DNA of 64,000 nucleotides from Bugula neritina (taxonomy: Eukaryota; Animalia; Bryozoa), in assembly GCA_964035545.1 (NCBI GenBank), contig OZ037768.1:6604741-6668740 (forward strand). Reading direction: 5' to 3'. This document shows positions 41,269 to 54,700 of the stretch, one piece after another (the first letter of the stretch is position 1; each line of letters opens with the position of its first letter). Below the pieces are notes generated by a model that saw only the letters and a list, made by a program, of their open reading frames with translations, was not told where the DNA came from and did not search any database. The translations under genes and the position numbers were made by a program.

Positions 41269-43713
41269 ATGGCAGTATTAAAAGTAGCTGTGTTTGTGGC
41301 AATATTTTCGTTTGTATTATACTGGTACTTTGGGAACAGAGATTATTTTTTCAATTACGATGATTTAGTGTCGCAAATTTTGGGTATTCTAGGGTTTAGT
41401 GCTTCATCATTAAAATTTAGATCAGAACAATTTAGCTCAAACTCTCACTCCGGGGTATTGTTATCTAAGGAAGAATTGAAAAAGTATAAATATCAATACC
41501 TTGCTATAGTTGGAGAAGTTTATGATGTGAGCAAAGGTGATAAGCACTATGGCCGTGAAGGTGGTTATAACTTTTTTACAGGTAAACCAACAGTAATACT
41601 AATAGTAATACTAACAGTAACTAGCAGTAACACTAACTCAAACTGTAAGTGCTACCAGTAACAGTAACTGTAAGACTAAGAATAAGTGTAACTGCTAAGA
41701 CTAAGAGTAGGAGTAACTGTAAGACTAAGGCTGGCACTGAGGCTGAAGTGTCAGTGAAATGTTGGAGTATTTACTGTTTGTCCATGTCTACTCACTCAGC
41801 AAGTCACTATTAATAATACTGAGTATTAACAATTATAATGACACTAGTACTGGTAATAGTACTTGTTAGTTGTTATTAACTTATAAATACATACGATTAT
41901 ATCAATGTTTTAATCATTAATGACATAATAGTATTTAATATTATGATTACTCATTGGTCATTGCTGTCACCTTGAAAGGCTTGAGTGCATCAATTTTAAA
42001 TTTGTTCTAATTCTATAAAATTATTAATTATAATTATTCTGAAACTGCCAAAACTGCAGACAACCTTAACAACTTTAAAGAAATGACTCAACACATTTTA
42101 CCTTTGTCATATTTCTTAACAGAAGAAAGAAACTAATTTCACTATTTTTGTCTTTATTTTTCTTTACATACATCAAGTAAATAGAAAGTAGACAGCATTT
42201 TAAGTTGTGACCATTGTAAGTAAGTATCAAGGGCACTTATGTATGTCTACAAAGTGGTGAAGCTGTTGTGTATTTTAAGAGTATAATGCCATTCAAAAGT
42301 TTTGATCAAGTAACTTTAAGCTGATATGATTTGTTTTTAAATTTCTAACAATTATGTATTGCAATTTTTACACATGTAATCATTGTGTCTGTGTAAAAAT
42401 TACTGTCAGCAATTGAAAACAGAACATGAAAAAATTGTTTTTCTACTGAGGTTGAGAGATATTGTGAGTTTGAGTGACAAAAAAAGAAAAATTAGAACCT
42501 TAAGCTAATGTAGCATTTCAGATTTTATTCTCTTTACTTCCACAAAATTAATAAAGTTTAGAAAGTATACTGTAACTAGAGCTTGCTTTAAATTACCTCC
42601 TTTCTACTTACTTTGTTTCATTCCTAAGGCTTCCAGAAGTGACATATATTCACAGGTATAGATGGCACGAAGGCATTTGTTACTGGGGAGTTCAATGAGA
42701 AAGGATTAGTAGACAGCATTGAGGGACTAGATGCAAGAGCCATTAAATCAATAGAAGATTGGAAACTCATGTATGAAAAAGAATATAAACATGTCGGTTA
42801 GTTATCATCAACTGAAATACAGTGCAAGTGTTATCACCTAGATAAGCACTATTTACATAGAAGGGTAGTTTGTGCTATTATATCACTCAAACTAGTACTA
42901 GAGAGTGCCCAAACTACCTATTACTACTCAGATGATCTATTAGTTGCACAGACTACCTATTGTTAGTTGTACAGACTAGTCCTAAAACTCTATTGCATTT
43001 TTGTAGGAAAAGTCATTGGAAATTTTTATGATGCTAATGGGCTAGAGACAAGTTCAAAAAGAAAGTATAATCAGCTTCTAAAAGATGCTGAGCAACTTAA
43101 AAAATATGAAGAAGAATTAAAAAAGATGTTCCCACCTTGTAATGCTGAATTCAAAAACCGAGCTTCACGTGTATGGTGTTCAAATAAAAGGTGACCCCAA
43201 TTTATTATTTATTTTTTAGTTAGATTTTTTGTGGTTTAATCAACTTTAGAGTTAAATGTATTCTTTTCTTTTAAAGTAATTTATTTGGCTTTAATTAATA
43301 TGTCTCGTAGTGAAAAGGTTGTGGAGTTTTATTTTTTGAGTTTTGTCTTTTAGTTCTTCTCCCATTGTTGTTTGATTTAGCTCTGTATTTTTAAGAGATT
43401 TTCAAAGCTTTTGTTGCTACTTTGACTCAACATAAATTGGCTAACTAAAAATCTACGTTGATTATATTCACAAATCAAACTTGTATCTCACCCTGTTATT
43501 TGTAGTGGTGGCTACTCTAGGTCATGGGCCGGTGTGCCTAGGAAAATGTTCTCCGCTGGTGGTAAAGACTTCCGCTGTGCATGTGTGAGAACAGAAGGTC
43601 CTCCCTCAACAGACGTGGGCAGTAAAACTCACAATAACCGGGGAGATCTGGACAATCCTAACCTTCGGCTATATGATAATTGTGAGCCTACTTCAAATTC
43701 ATGTTCAATATAA
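41269..43713 (+). CDS. CYB5D2: Neuferricin (cytochrome b5 domain-containing 2, MAPR family), 281 aa, 4 exons
   Basis: Exons 41269-41581, 42656-42796, 43007-43190, 43506-43713. N-terminal hydrophobic segment, YLAIVGEVYDVSKG..HYG..GGY.FFTG.DGTKAFVTGEF, FPPCN, VWCS..SGG..R.W.GVPR, RCACV. Confidence 0.94.
41585..41970. repeat. 6-bp-periodic tract in CYB5D2 intron 1
   Basis: Starts directly after the donor: aac agt aat act aat agt aat act aac agt aac ... tgt aag act aag aat aag tgt aac ... act aag agt agg agt aac tgt aag act aag. Confidence 0.85.
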
Positions 43714-45728
43714 AAAATACAATTATGTTCTTTTGTTATATTTAAAATACTGTTTTTTTCTATTCAGTCCAACTTTTTGCAAAAATTCTTTAACATTTTT
43801 CAATGATAATTTTGGCTACCTACTAAAATCTAGATTTACCATTTAAAATGTATTTCATAAAAAATTAAAACAAGTTTACTTGCTCTGAAATTACATGTTT
43901 CTTTTTATTAAACTATTCACTGTATTGATAACAGTTTTACCTTAAGATATATTCTAAAGATTACTACATAAAGGACACTCCTTTTGTTTAAAGAACACTC
44001 ACTACATCAGCTGTGTAACCAGTTGAAATTTCTGGTACCACCAACTATGTGCTTTACTAATGTGGAGACAAAATTTAAATTTAAATATTTATAGGCACCT
44101 AACAGCAAATTTTAAAAACTAAACAATTAGAAATTTGTTTAGCTTTTTACAAGCTCTAAGGGAGATAACTCTCTGCACATGCTCCAGTCTCACTGATTAA
44201 CTACATATCTTTGGGATCACAATTCCTAAAATATGAGATGCATGCATGCATTGTGTCATATCCATTACTACAGCTAGCTACTTGGTTTACTGTTTATGTA
44301 TATCGTATCTACACGCATCATATATATTGTAACACAACTAGCTTCTACACTGGTTTAAACTACACCTGCAGGGTCTCATACTTGATAAGCTGTCATAAGT
44401 TAAGCTCTCTTTGTAATCATGGATATTACATGCATAATATATAGTGATGTATTGGAAATATAATGTACTCTAAATTATCCATATTTCTCTAGAAACAGAG
44501 TAACCCATTTGGTATCTTTGAATGCACCAGAACACTGATGTATCAGTTTTATTTAGCGATTGAAATAGTACGGTTAGAACATACAAGTTAAATGCTTGGG
44601 TTGCAATGAAATTTAAATCCTGGTACCAAAACCAACTGCTAGTAAAATCTGATGATGAATTTACACAAACTGTATATCTATTCACTTGTAAACGTCTACA
44701 CTAAGAAATGTTAGTTTTCTTGTGGTAAAAGGTAAACAATTGCTTCATATTAATAGCATGGAGTTACTTTCTCATATAGAAGTAGCACAACTTCTAATAA
44801 CACCTTGTGGCAACAGACTATGAATGCTGCATATATCAAGTGTGTTGTAGAAAAAAGAGTTAGAGAGATTTATATAGTTATAATTTAATAGCTAGAAGTG
44901 TTGTCAGTTGTAACCAATTTAGCTGGTCAGGGAAAATGAGTGTATGAATCAATTAGGTTTTATATTTTTTCTTGGCAAAAATTTATTAGCTTTTAGTTGC
45001 AGCTTATATATTGTCACTTGAATTATTTTATATTCTAGCACTGCAGGTGTTAATAAACTAATGTTTTATGATATTTTAAGTTTTCTGAAAGTAAAGTTCT
45101 TTAGTGATTGCACATTTTTTATCAACCTGCTAAATCTTTCCTTTTTAGATTTACTCATAATTATGCTGCGCCTATAAAAATACCAAAAGTCACCAATAGT
45201 GAAACTTGCCAAATGAAGCAGTAAATATAAAGAAGGTGATATTTTTACTCAGGCATGTCTGCAAGTATTCACGAAATATCTAAAGAAATTGAGATTTACT
45301 AGTAGCTTGTTTTTCCTTGGCACATTTCTGTAGCCCTACCTTGCGTAATATAAACTAGAGGCTTGCTGTGCCTTCTTGCTTTACAATTCAACAGATTCTA
45401 ACAATTATTATTATATTTAACAGATAGAATGCAATATATGCAAAATAATCATGAACTTACAGATAAGAGTTTAACAGATAGTAGTTGTAGATGACAGTGG
45501 TGACATAAAATGTTGAAAGAGTAGCTGTGCGAAAAAAGCAGATTTAAGGTTTCGGTCACTTAATTAAATTATTCTATTCCATACAGGTGTAATCATTTCT
45601 CATTGTACTAAAAATATTTTTATACAATATAATGATTTATAATAAATTTTGAGTCAAACTGATTTAATTAATATTTTAATCGAAAATTAGAATAAATTTG
45701 ATACAATTGTGAGTGTGGTAGGTAGGAG

Positions 45729-48700
45729 TTAGTTGTAATTGTTTCTAAAAGGTTGTTGGTTGCCGTCTGGCTCACTAACCACTCCAGTGTAGTCGTAATA
45801 TTCCTCCCCGTAGTAATAGTAATAGTCGCCAGAATAGTCGTAGTACGGGTCATAGCCGTAACCATCATAGTTCTCATAAGTGCTGTTGGCTGATGGGTTT
45901 TCCACAAAGTTAAGATCCTCTGAAATAAAACCACAAAGTATTAGTAGCTTGTTCTACTGATATTGAAAGCAGTCAAATATTTTCTTTTCTCCATATCAAA
46001 ACACACATTGAATACATATTTTAGTGCCGTTGTAGGTTATTTCTATGAAAACAAAAACAAATAAAAAAATAAGCAGTGAAATTGCTTCTTTATTCAAGTA
46101 AACGTACCGTTACATCTATAGACTAAATCAGACCAAATTATTCCCTGCTGTGAAAAGCAGAAAACTCCGAGTCGACCTCCCTTTAGAGTGAAGTCAATGA
46201 TGTTTCCAGAATCTGCTACTAACTGAGCCTCTTCATACAAAACAAACCTGCAACACGTTGCCCAAAGCATGTAATTTTCATACAGAGCTTCTTTTTATCA
46301 ACGGTATGTTGAGCACACATAGTCGATCTGAAAATGTAGCTAATAGTTTAATTAAACTTGCATGAACAAAGTATCCAAACTACAGTAAAATAACAAAAAT
46401 GAAACTTGATGAACTGTGAAAAAATTCCTTATCTTTATTTAGCTATCCTTTAGCCACATATTATATTATTATACAGAAAATAGTATGTTGTTATTTGGGT
46501 TTGAACTTTTACGTCACTTATTCAATTTAAACCTAATGGTTCAGTGTATAAGGACTCACTCTACACTGCTAAGTAAATTAGTACTGTTAGGGTTATAACC
46601 GCAATATCGACATGAAAATTGTTTTGTTTATTTAAAGTTGTTCAATAATTAGAGACCATTGCATATAGTATTATGCAGTTGGGAATTTTGTCAATTAAAA
46701 GTGGTGTTAAAAAACCTTATGTTAAACTAAAGGCTACTTTAAATCATTGCAAATTGTGACTAGTGTGAACAGTAAAAACTATAACTACGTTTTGTTTTAC
46801 CTGATTAGTCCAACAGCTGGGCGATGAATCAGCTCCCATCTGTATGGCGTCTTTTCCCTCCAGCCAACATTTCTAGGATCTTTCCAAAGAAGCTTAACCT
46901 ATCAACAAGTAACGCATATTTACTTAAGTAATGTTGGGGAGTAACTAATTGAGCTGTTGATATAAAAACATCAGTCTATGATTACCTCTCCAGGAGTATC
47001 TCCAGTATGCCAGAGAGCGTTCCTCATCATCTCTCCTGGCCCGGTTTCAGAGTTTACTACTTTGAGTTGAATGCCGGGCTCTGCCCTGGCTCTGAAAGGA
47101 GTTGAATGCCAGTAAGTCTGAAAAAGCATGAGCTTGTTATAACCAGTACACTGTATGATAAACTAGTGCATTGTATGGTAAACTAGTACACTGTATGATA
47201 AACTTTATAATGTAAGTTTTAGCTGATAATTTTGTTGTGGCTTGCATGAATTTGTATATTGGGCTAGTTTTGCAAATATACCTAAAACGCTAAAATTAAC
47301 ATCACTATAGCCTTTGATCACAGATGCTGATACATAAAAACCAACTGCTTCTGCACGTCAGCGTATAAGGAGGGTGTATAGCTGAAAGTCTATAGTTCAT
47401 GCTACCTGTAGTGCCTTTTTCCACATGACTGTATAGAATCTGGAGTTGTCTTGGTAGCTGAACACAAATCCCACATAATCATCATCAATCTCCGAGTTGA
47501 TGTAAAAAGTTCCACTGAAATCCACTCCAGCAAACCTCTGATAGCCTACAGCTAGACCCGGATCACTGTTCATAGTTTGAAGAATCTCTGCTCCCTTTAA
47601 AACATGGAATCAAAACTGTAGCCACAGAATCATAAAAATTATTAATTCGCTATACATTAGCAAAGTAAATTTACTTGACCACAAATCGTTTCTTTTACAG
47701 GTTTGACTATATTATATTATTTAACCTTTTTGATAACCAACGGCAAAAAAAAGACTTTCAACATAATATTTTGAATTGTTCCTAATGATAAAAGTATAGA
47801 AATGATTTATGATCAAAATTAAGAATTTGACATATCTGAAATTGAAGCAGCAAAGTACAAAAGAAAACCCACATCATTAAGTATAATCCATTCAGGGTCT
47901 ATCTGCGAGTCACCAATGGGATCTAGAACGACGGTGAAGAACGTTCGGAAGTCTGTGGAGTGAATCTTGTTGTTCTCTGGACAAACATCACTGTAATCGA
48001 TGGTCTTGTCGTTGTCATAGTCATTCTCGCACGCATCACCAATGCCATTACCTAAAACACAGTTCATTGAGATTAAAACCGAAGTATAACTCCACACTAA
48101 TCCATTTGAAGCCTTCCATAATTTATACTGCATTGCACTCCAATATTATCTGAACCTTCATACTGAAAAATTTCATATACAAGCTTTAGCTTACTATGGT
48201 TGGGTATAATATTACACAATATCAAATTAATGGCTAAAAAAATAAAGTATTATAATACCTATGGCAAAAATTACTTTTTTTAGATAGTTTAAAAGCATCG
48301 GTTGGTACTATATCCTAAGCAATATGCTAATATATTATATACAGTGTGGACATTCATTGCAAAGATTTCATCAAAACATTTTGAAAAACAAAATTTAGTC
48401 GAGTCAGGGATTTTATCAGATTTTACCGTCTGTGTCTCTTTGATCAGGATTGGGCACCAGGGGGCAGTTATCTCTAAAGTCGGGTATTCCATCATTATCA
48501 TCATCAGTGTCGCATATGTCGCCCAACCCATCTTCATCAGTATCTAATTGATCAGCATTAGCAGCATTAGGGCAGTTGTCAAGGTTATCTTGTATTCCGT
48601 CAGCATCACTATAAAGTATTTTTACGTATTAATAAATAGCTTGAAATGCAGTTGTCCGCAAGTTTAGGGAATTACAGTATACATTAGTTAGCAAATCTTT

Positions 48701-51700
48701 AATGTTCACAAGCTTTATTAGTTGACTAAAAAATTATAAAGGTGGCATGTATATGCAAGACTCATTTAGGTGTAGTAAGGGAGCAATTTTAACAGCCTTA
48801 TTTCTTTAATGTTCTTAATTAATTTTGAGATGCAGGTTGAAATTCTCATGATACTATAACTTCTTTTGCTACATTTCTCATATAGAACACAGGCTTTCCT
48901 CCATTACTGCGCCTACCTCGCAAAATTTTAGTATACAGCTCACTAATTAACTTGTTTAATAGAAATTATTATGAAAATCTAATATGGTGAATGAACCAGT
49001 GACACTTTTCTATCAATTTGAAGGAAAGATAACTCTGAATACAGTTGAATGGCACACATATTATCTCTGAGAATCAGGAAGTAAATTGCTGATTTACCTG
49101 TCAATACCAGTGTCACAGACATCTCCCACTAAGTCCACATCTATGTCACTCTGAAATAAAATTGAGTCTTTGAAACAACAAGGAAAATGTAGCAGTTGAA
49201 GAATACAGGTCACCATTTTACAAAGGTGTTAGAGAATCTCCGAAATTAAAACATTTCAAATCATCATCAATAATAATCAGGCAGAAATATTCCAGGAACA
49301 TCGAATTATGTAATAAATGCTCACTAAAACGTGACTGCATATTTTTTCAAGAAATTTACATATAAAGAGAAAAACGAGAAAAATTTAGTAAGTATGCCCT
49401 CAATGAAGTAGTTACATTTGTGTAATGTGCAATATTATGCAAAACTAAGTTTAGACAGTAAATATACCAAACATAGTGAAAGGGACAGAAGTAAAACCAT
49501 TTCAGTAAAAATACCTGATCAGCGTTGTAATCTTGTGGACAGTTGTCACACACATCACCAACACCATCTCTATCCTGGTCAGCTTGGTCAACGTTGGGTA
49601 TAGTTGGGCAGTTGTCATCTTCGTTTAGTATACCTTTAATAGATAATAATATAACAGCTGTGTGAACTCTGACCCCACTACTTCATACAGCATACAGTGA
49701 TGGGCCACTTTACAATATTCAATGTAATACAGTATCATAATACAGGAAGAAGACTGTTCAAACTTCAATCCGCCATTTTACAGTCACAAAATTGTAGAGT
49801 AACAGTTCCAGAAAGCTATCAGCACACTGCTGCGACCTTTGAACTTGCTTCTGATGTCTAGACTTCACACATACCATCGTTGTCAGCATCTGGGTCACAC
49901 TGGTCTCCCAACCCATCCTTGTCGCTGTCTTTCTGGTCAGGGTTAGCAATGGTGGGACAATTGTCACAAGCATCACCAACATTGTCAATATTCCTGCCGT
50001 CACTTGTTTCCACTCTGTCCCTGTTCTCTTGTCCAGGGTTTGCCACCAACGGGCAGTTGTCCTGAAAACAAAGCCTTCATATTACTATTTAACAAGCATT
50101 TGCTGATTATGTCTTTATTTTGTAGGATTAAACATAGATTTTGTGACTTTGTATAAAACATTATATTATATTCGAATTGCTGCAATGCGATGATATTGGT
50201 AATTATTGTAAAGCAACTTGACTTTTACCATCATGGAAAAATTGTGAACTAATTTTTTTTTAAATAAAAAAATTGCACAGGAAATTCATTAAGCTCTTCA
50301 ACAGAAGTTTCAAAAATGTTATTATTTAGTTGCTATAGTTACCGGGTCATTAATGATACCGTCATCATCCGCATCTAGATCACAGGCATCACCAATACCG
50401 TCCCCATCTGCATCTTCCTGGCCAGAGTTAGGAGTCAGTCTACAGTTGTCCTGCAATAGAAAACATGAGCTAACATTTTCAAGAGTTTCACCGGTAATAA
50501 TTAGCCATCACAAGACAACGGAACTAAATTTTACCAATTGTTAAACTATCATGTAGATTATTCTTAGTAGGAGACTAAAAATACCTTTTTGCATGTCTTA
50601 TCTTCGCATGGCAGATCAAAGTCGGGAATGCCATCCACATCGGTATCAACTCCGCATTCTAAACCATTGCCAGCGTAACCAACTTTACACTATTGATAGA
50701 AATTTCATACTTGAACAAATTTAAAAACAGATGCAAACACATTTTGTTCAGGAGTTGACATAGCTTTTCAGTTATGAACTCAAAATTATGTCCTAAGAGC
50801 TAATGTTAGTTGTTAATTTTTAATTTCCATTCTGTAATGATGGCGAAAATATATTATGAAATAAAAATATGTTACTTTAAAGTTATTTATAAGAAGATAA
50901 AATGCTAACAACATGAAAAGTAAAAACTCCATTTTATGAATAAGATACTATGAAAAACATTTGGTACAGACACAGGGAATTGTGATAATAACTTACTGTA
51001 CATATAGAGAACTAGAATAACTAATTTGTTGCATATAAAATACTTACTACAGAGAAACATTTACTACACGCAAACACATAAAATGTTGTGAATATAGTTT
51101 TTATATCCACAAAACACAGCAGTGAAAGCAGTGAAAACTTACCACACACACGGGATACTGCAGTGAAGGTCGTCGAACACACCGAGCATACAAATGGCAT
51201 ATTCTACCACCATCTTTAGATCTGCAAAATCTCGGGTGTCTTCTGCAACCGACCGTGGCATTGCCAATATAACCGAAGGCACATGGTCCACAATCATATG
51301 AACCCTGAAGCACAAGTAAATAATAATCATTATACTCATGAAGTAAAATATAAATTGTATAAAGAACACTAAAAAATATTTTTAAAAATACTACTCACGG
51401 GATTATTCAAGCATTCGGTGTGTTGTGGACAATTTCCATTGTTTACAAGACATTCATCAATATCAATACAGTCCTAAAATATCAATTATATTACATTATA
51501 TTACACAAAATAATATTATACAATATTATATTGTATCGTATTATATAACATTATGGTACGTTATATAATATTATATTGCATTATAACATTATGGTACATT
51601 ATATAGTATCATATGACATTATATAACATAATATCACACATTACACTTGATTTACAACAACAATCATTCTAAACAGCTGAACACTTGCAATCCACATGTA

Positions 51701-54700
51701 ATGTTCAACAGGATTGCTGCAGGCATTTGTTTTTAATAGCTAGATTTTACTCACAGCATATTTAATGTCAAATACTTTATGATAAGAAAATGCAACAGAG
51801 TTGAACTAAACAGAAAAGTGCAGCTGTTTCAAGTTGAGTGATCAACACCATCTGATTAAATTTATCACTAACTTGAACACATGTGCATATTGAAAACATT
51901 GGTTAAATGCAACGGCTAGCTTGCCTGTCTCAACTTGTCAAGCAAATAATATAATACATCGCCATGTTAGTTTTACACTCAACAAACTGTGGCGTTCAGC
52001 TGCCGATACTAACAGATGATGCTGACACACCTGTTTGTTGTTGAGAGCGTAATCTAGTCCAGCCTGAGCCTCATAGTCACCCTGATATCCAGGTGGACAC
52101 AACCCACACATGTAGCTGCCTTCTGAGTTGATGCACTGAGTCAGCGGGTCACACGGGTCAGCGATCACACACTAGAATATCGGTGACTCATACAGAAATA
52201 TTATAACATAAAAAACATAAAAATTAAAACCATATGTCAACTCTTTTAATAAGTTTGAGTTATTAAACAACAACGTGTTTGCATTACGCAAAAATGTTTG
52301 TGCTACATATTAATAACTAAATAAAGATGGTCTTCAAGTATTTTAAATTTTTTCAGCATGATAACAATGCTGTTGGTGTAAAGCGCTGTGAGCTTGCCTC
52401 ACCTCATCTACATCAATGCATTCTTCTCCATTGCCTTGATATCCATCGGGACATTTGCCACAAATAGGGCCAGTTGCAGTATCAACGCAATCGACCCCGG
52501 GAAAGCACGGGTCTAACTCACATGTCTCTGTGCAGTTGTTCTTGGTGCCATCTCCAGCATACCCGAATGGACACGGACCACAAGTTGGACCAAATATTGT
52601 GTCGGTGCAAGTGGAGGCTAAAAGTAAAAAGAAATATGTAAGAAAATATAGAAAGCTTTAAAAACTGTGTCTAATAAAAAATTATAAATAAATAATTGAA
52701 TTATATTATAATAAAAATAGTGTGTGTTATTATTAAGTACATGCATTGGCAATCAATGAAGTGCTTTCTAATTAGAAATAAGAACATTTCTAAGTTAGAA
52801 ATAAAAAACATCACCAGCAATCATTATCATTTGATTTTAAAACAAATGAATTACAGAAAAAAAACTATACATGTTTGAAATGTTTCAATAAGTTCATTAT
52901 ACACCATAAAAAACCTTTAATTAAATAGAATGCTTGAACAAACATTTCGTCATGACATATACAGAGTGTGATAATGGTAATGCTGCACAAATACCTTCAA
53001 AGCACGGCCCGTCACTACACTTAATATCACTTTCACAATGAGTTCCGTTACCATGGAGTCCATCAGGACAAGGTCCACATATATAGCCAGTCTCTGAAAG
53101 AATACATCAAGGTAAACGCTTGCTATCAGCAGAGGTAAGATAACTTCCATATTATACAACACTACACAATACTATACCTGTTTACACATATGCTATGATT
53201 ATTCAATTTTAAAATTTGTGACAATTAGTCAAAATAAAAAAAATTGAAAAACAATTATCAAAATTAAATGATGATTGAGTGACAACACAACATCAAAACT
53301 GCCCTTGCTATTTAAATATAACTTTATATAACTTAAAACTTGTTCAACCATAGAGCAAATTGTTGGATGAGTATGCCGACTAGTGCGTTATCAGTTCTCA
53401 CCACTCACCTGTGTCTACCTCACCTGTCTCCACCTCACCTTTGCCTACCTCACCTGTGTCTATCTCACCTGTGTCTACCTCATGTATGTCCACCTCACCT
53501 GTCTCCACCTCACCTTTGCCTACCTCACCTGTGTCTACCTCACCTGTTTCCACCTCACATGTGTCCACCTCACCACTCACCTGTGTCTGTACACTGCACG
53601 GTGGGGAAGCACGGCTCATCAACACACTGCACCAGAGCTACACAGTCGATTCCGTCGCCTGTCATACCGGGTGGACATTCTCCACATGTGAAGCCATGAG
53701 GCGTGGGCGTGCAGACAACTCCCGGATAGCATGGCTCAGCAGCACACGTCACGCACTGCGGCTGGTCTAGAGGAGACGCAGACGTACCAGCCCGCCCTCG
53801 ATACCTTCGTCTCAATATGGTGCCTCGGAACTGGTCAAACTCGGCGTCTTCATCTGAAATATATAACAGTGTATGATGGAGATGTGGTTACAAGTGTATG
53901 TAGTTACAAGTTGTGTATAGCTGTATGTCAATTATGAGCTGAATAACGGTCATATCTACATAGAATACTCATATAGCTGATGTAAATGTAGTACTTGTGT
54001 AGTTTTGTGTACGGAAGACAACTTTAAGATAAAACTCAGCATAATTCACATTAAACTTCTAGGCCTCAACACTAAAATATTTTGACTGAAAAAGTAGACC
54101 TTGTCTAGGGACTACTTCACACATACAGGTCTGTCTTTAACTAGTAAAACAGGACTAAAAACAAGAATGTAATTCAATATTGCTTGCTGATCCATATCTG
54201 ATTTAAGAAATATTGAATTTAAAACCCTGTTTCGAAGCTACATGATGTAATTATGATAAAATAAAACACAATATTTTCACTTTGTATTACTAAAACAGAA
54301 CATTCATCCTTTGTTTATGCTTCCTGAGAAATTGTACTCAACTATCACATGATTAATTTTTAGTACTCAGATGTCAAATGATTTATATATCGCTATTTCC
54401 TACATAAATTAAGGGCGCTTTCGGATTCCCTACGCGTAGCCTACTGGGCTCATTGATGAATTTGCTCACTTTCTCTCCGTTGAGTACCCCTCGATGAGCT
54501 TTTTTTTCGATGGGCTACCAAATGCATCGCGTAGGGGTACCCGTAACACCCATCGAGTACGGTATTGAAATCTCACACAACCTTCACCCTGCAGTACTGA
54601 CGCAAGTATACGCATTTCTCACAACACGTGATGGAAGTTTAACAATCAAAGTGAGTTCATCTCTCCCCAGGACTTTTTAGCAACATGAAATTTTACTATT

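Noticed and set aside
53340-53770. Several ORFs with pentapeptide repeats (VDTGE, PHLCL, STSPV) and a CRISPR-like look
   Set aside because: All are translations of the intronic 15-bp minisatellite; there are no unique spacers or cas genes and the context is eukaryotic.
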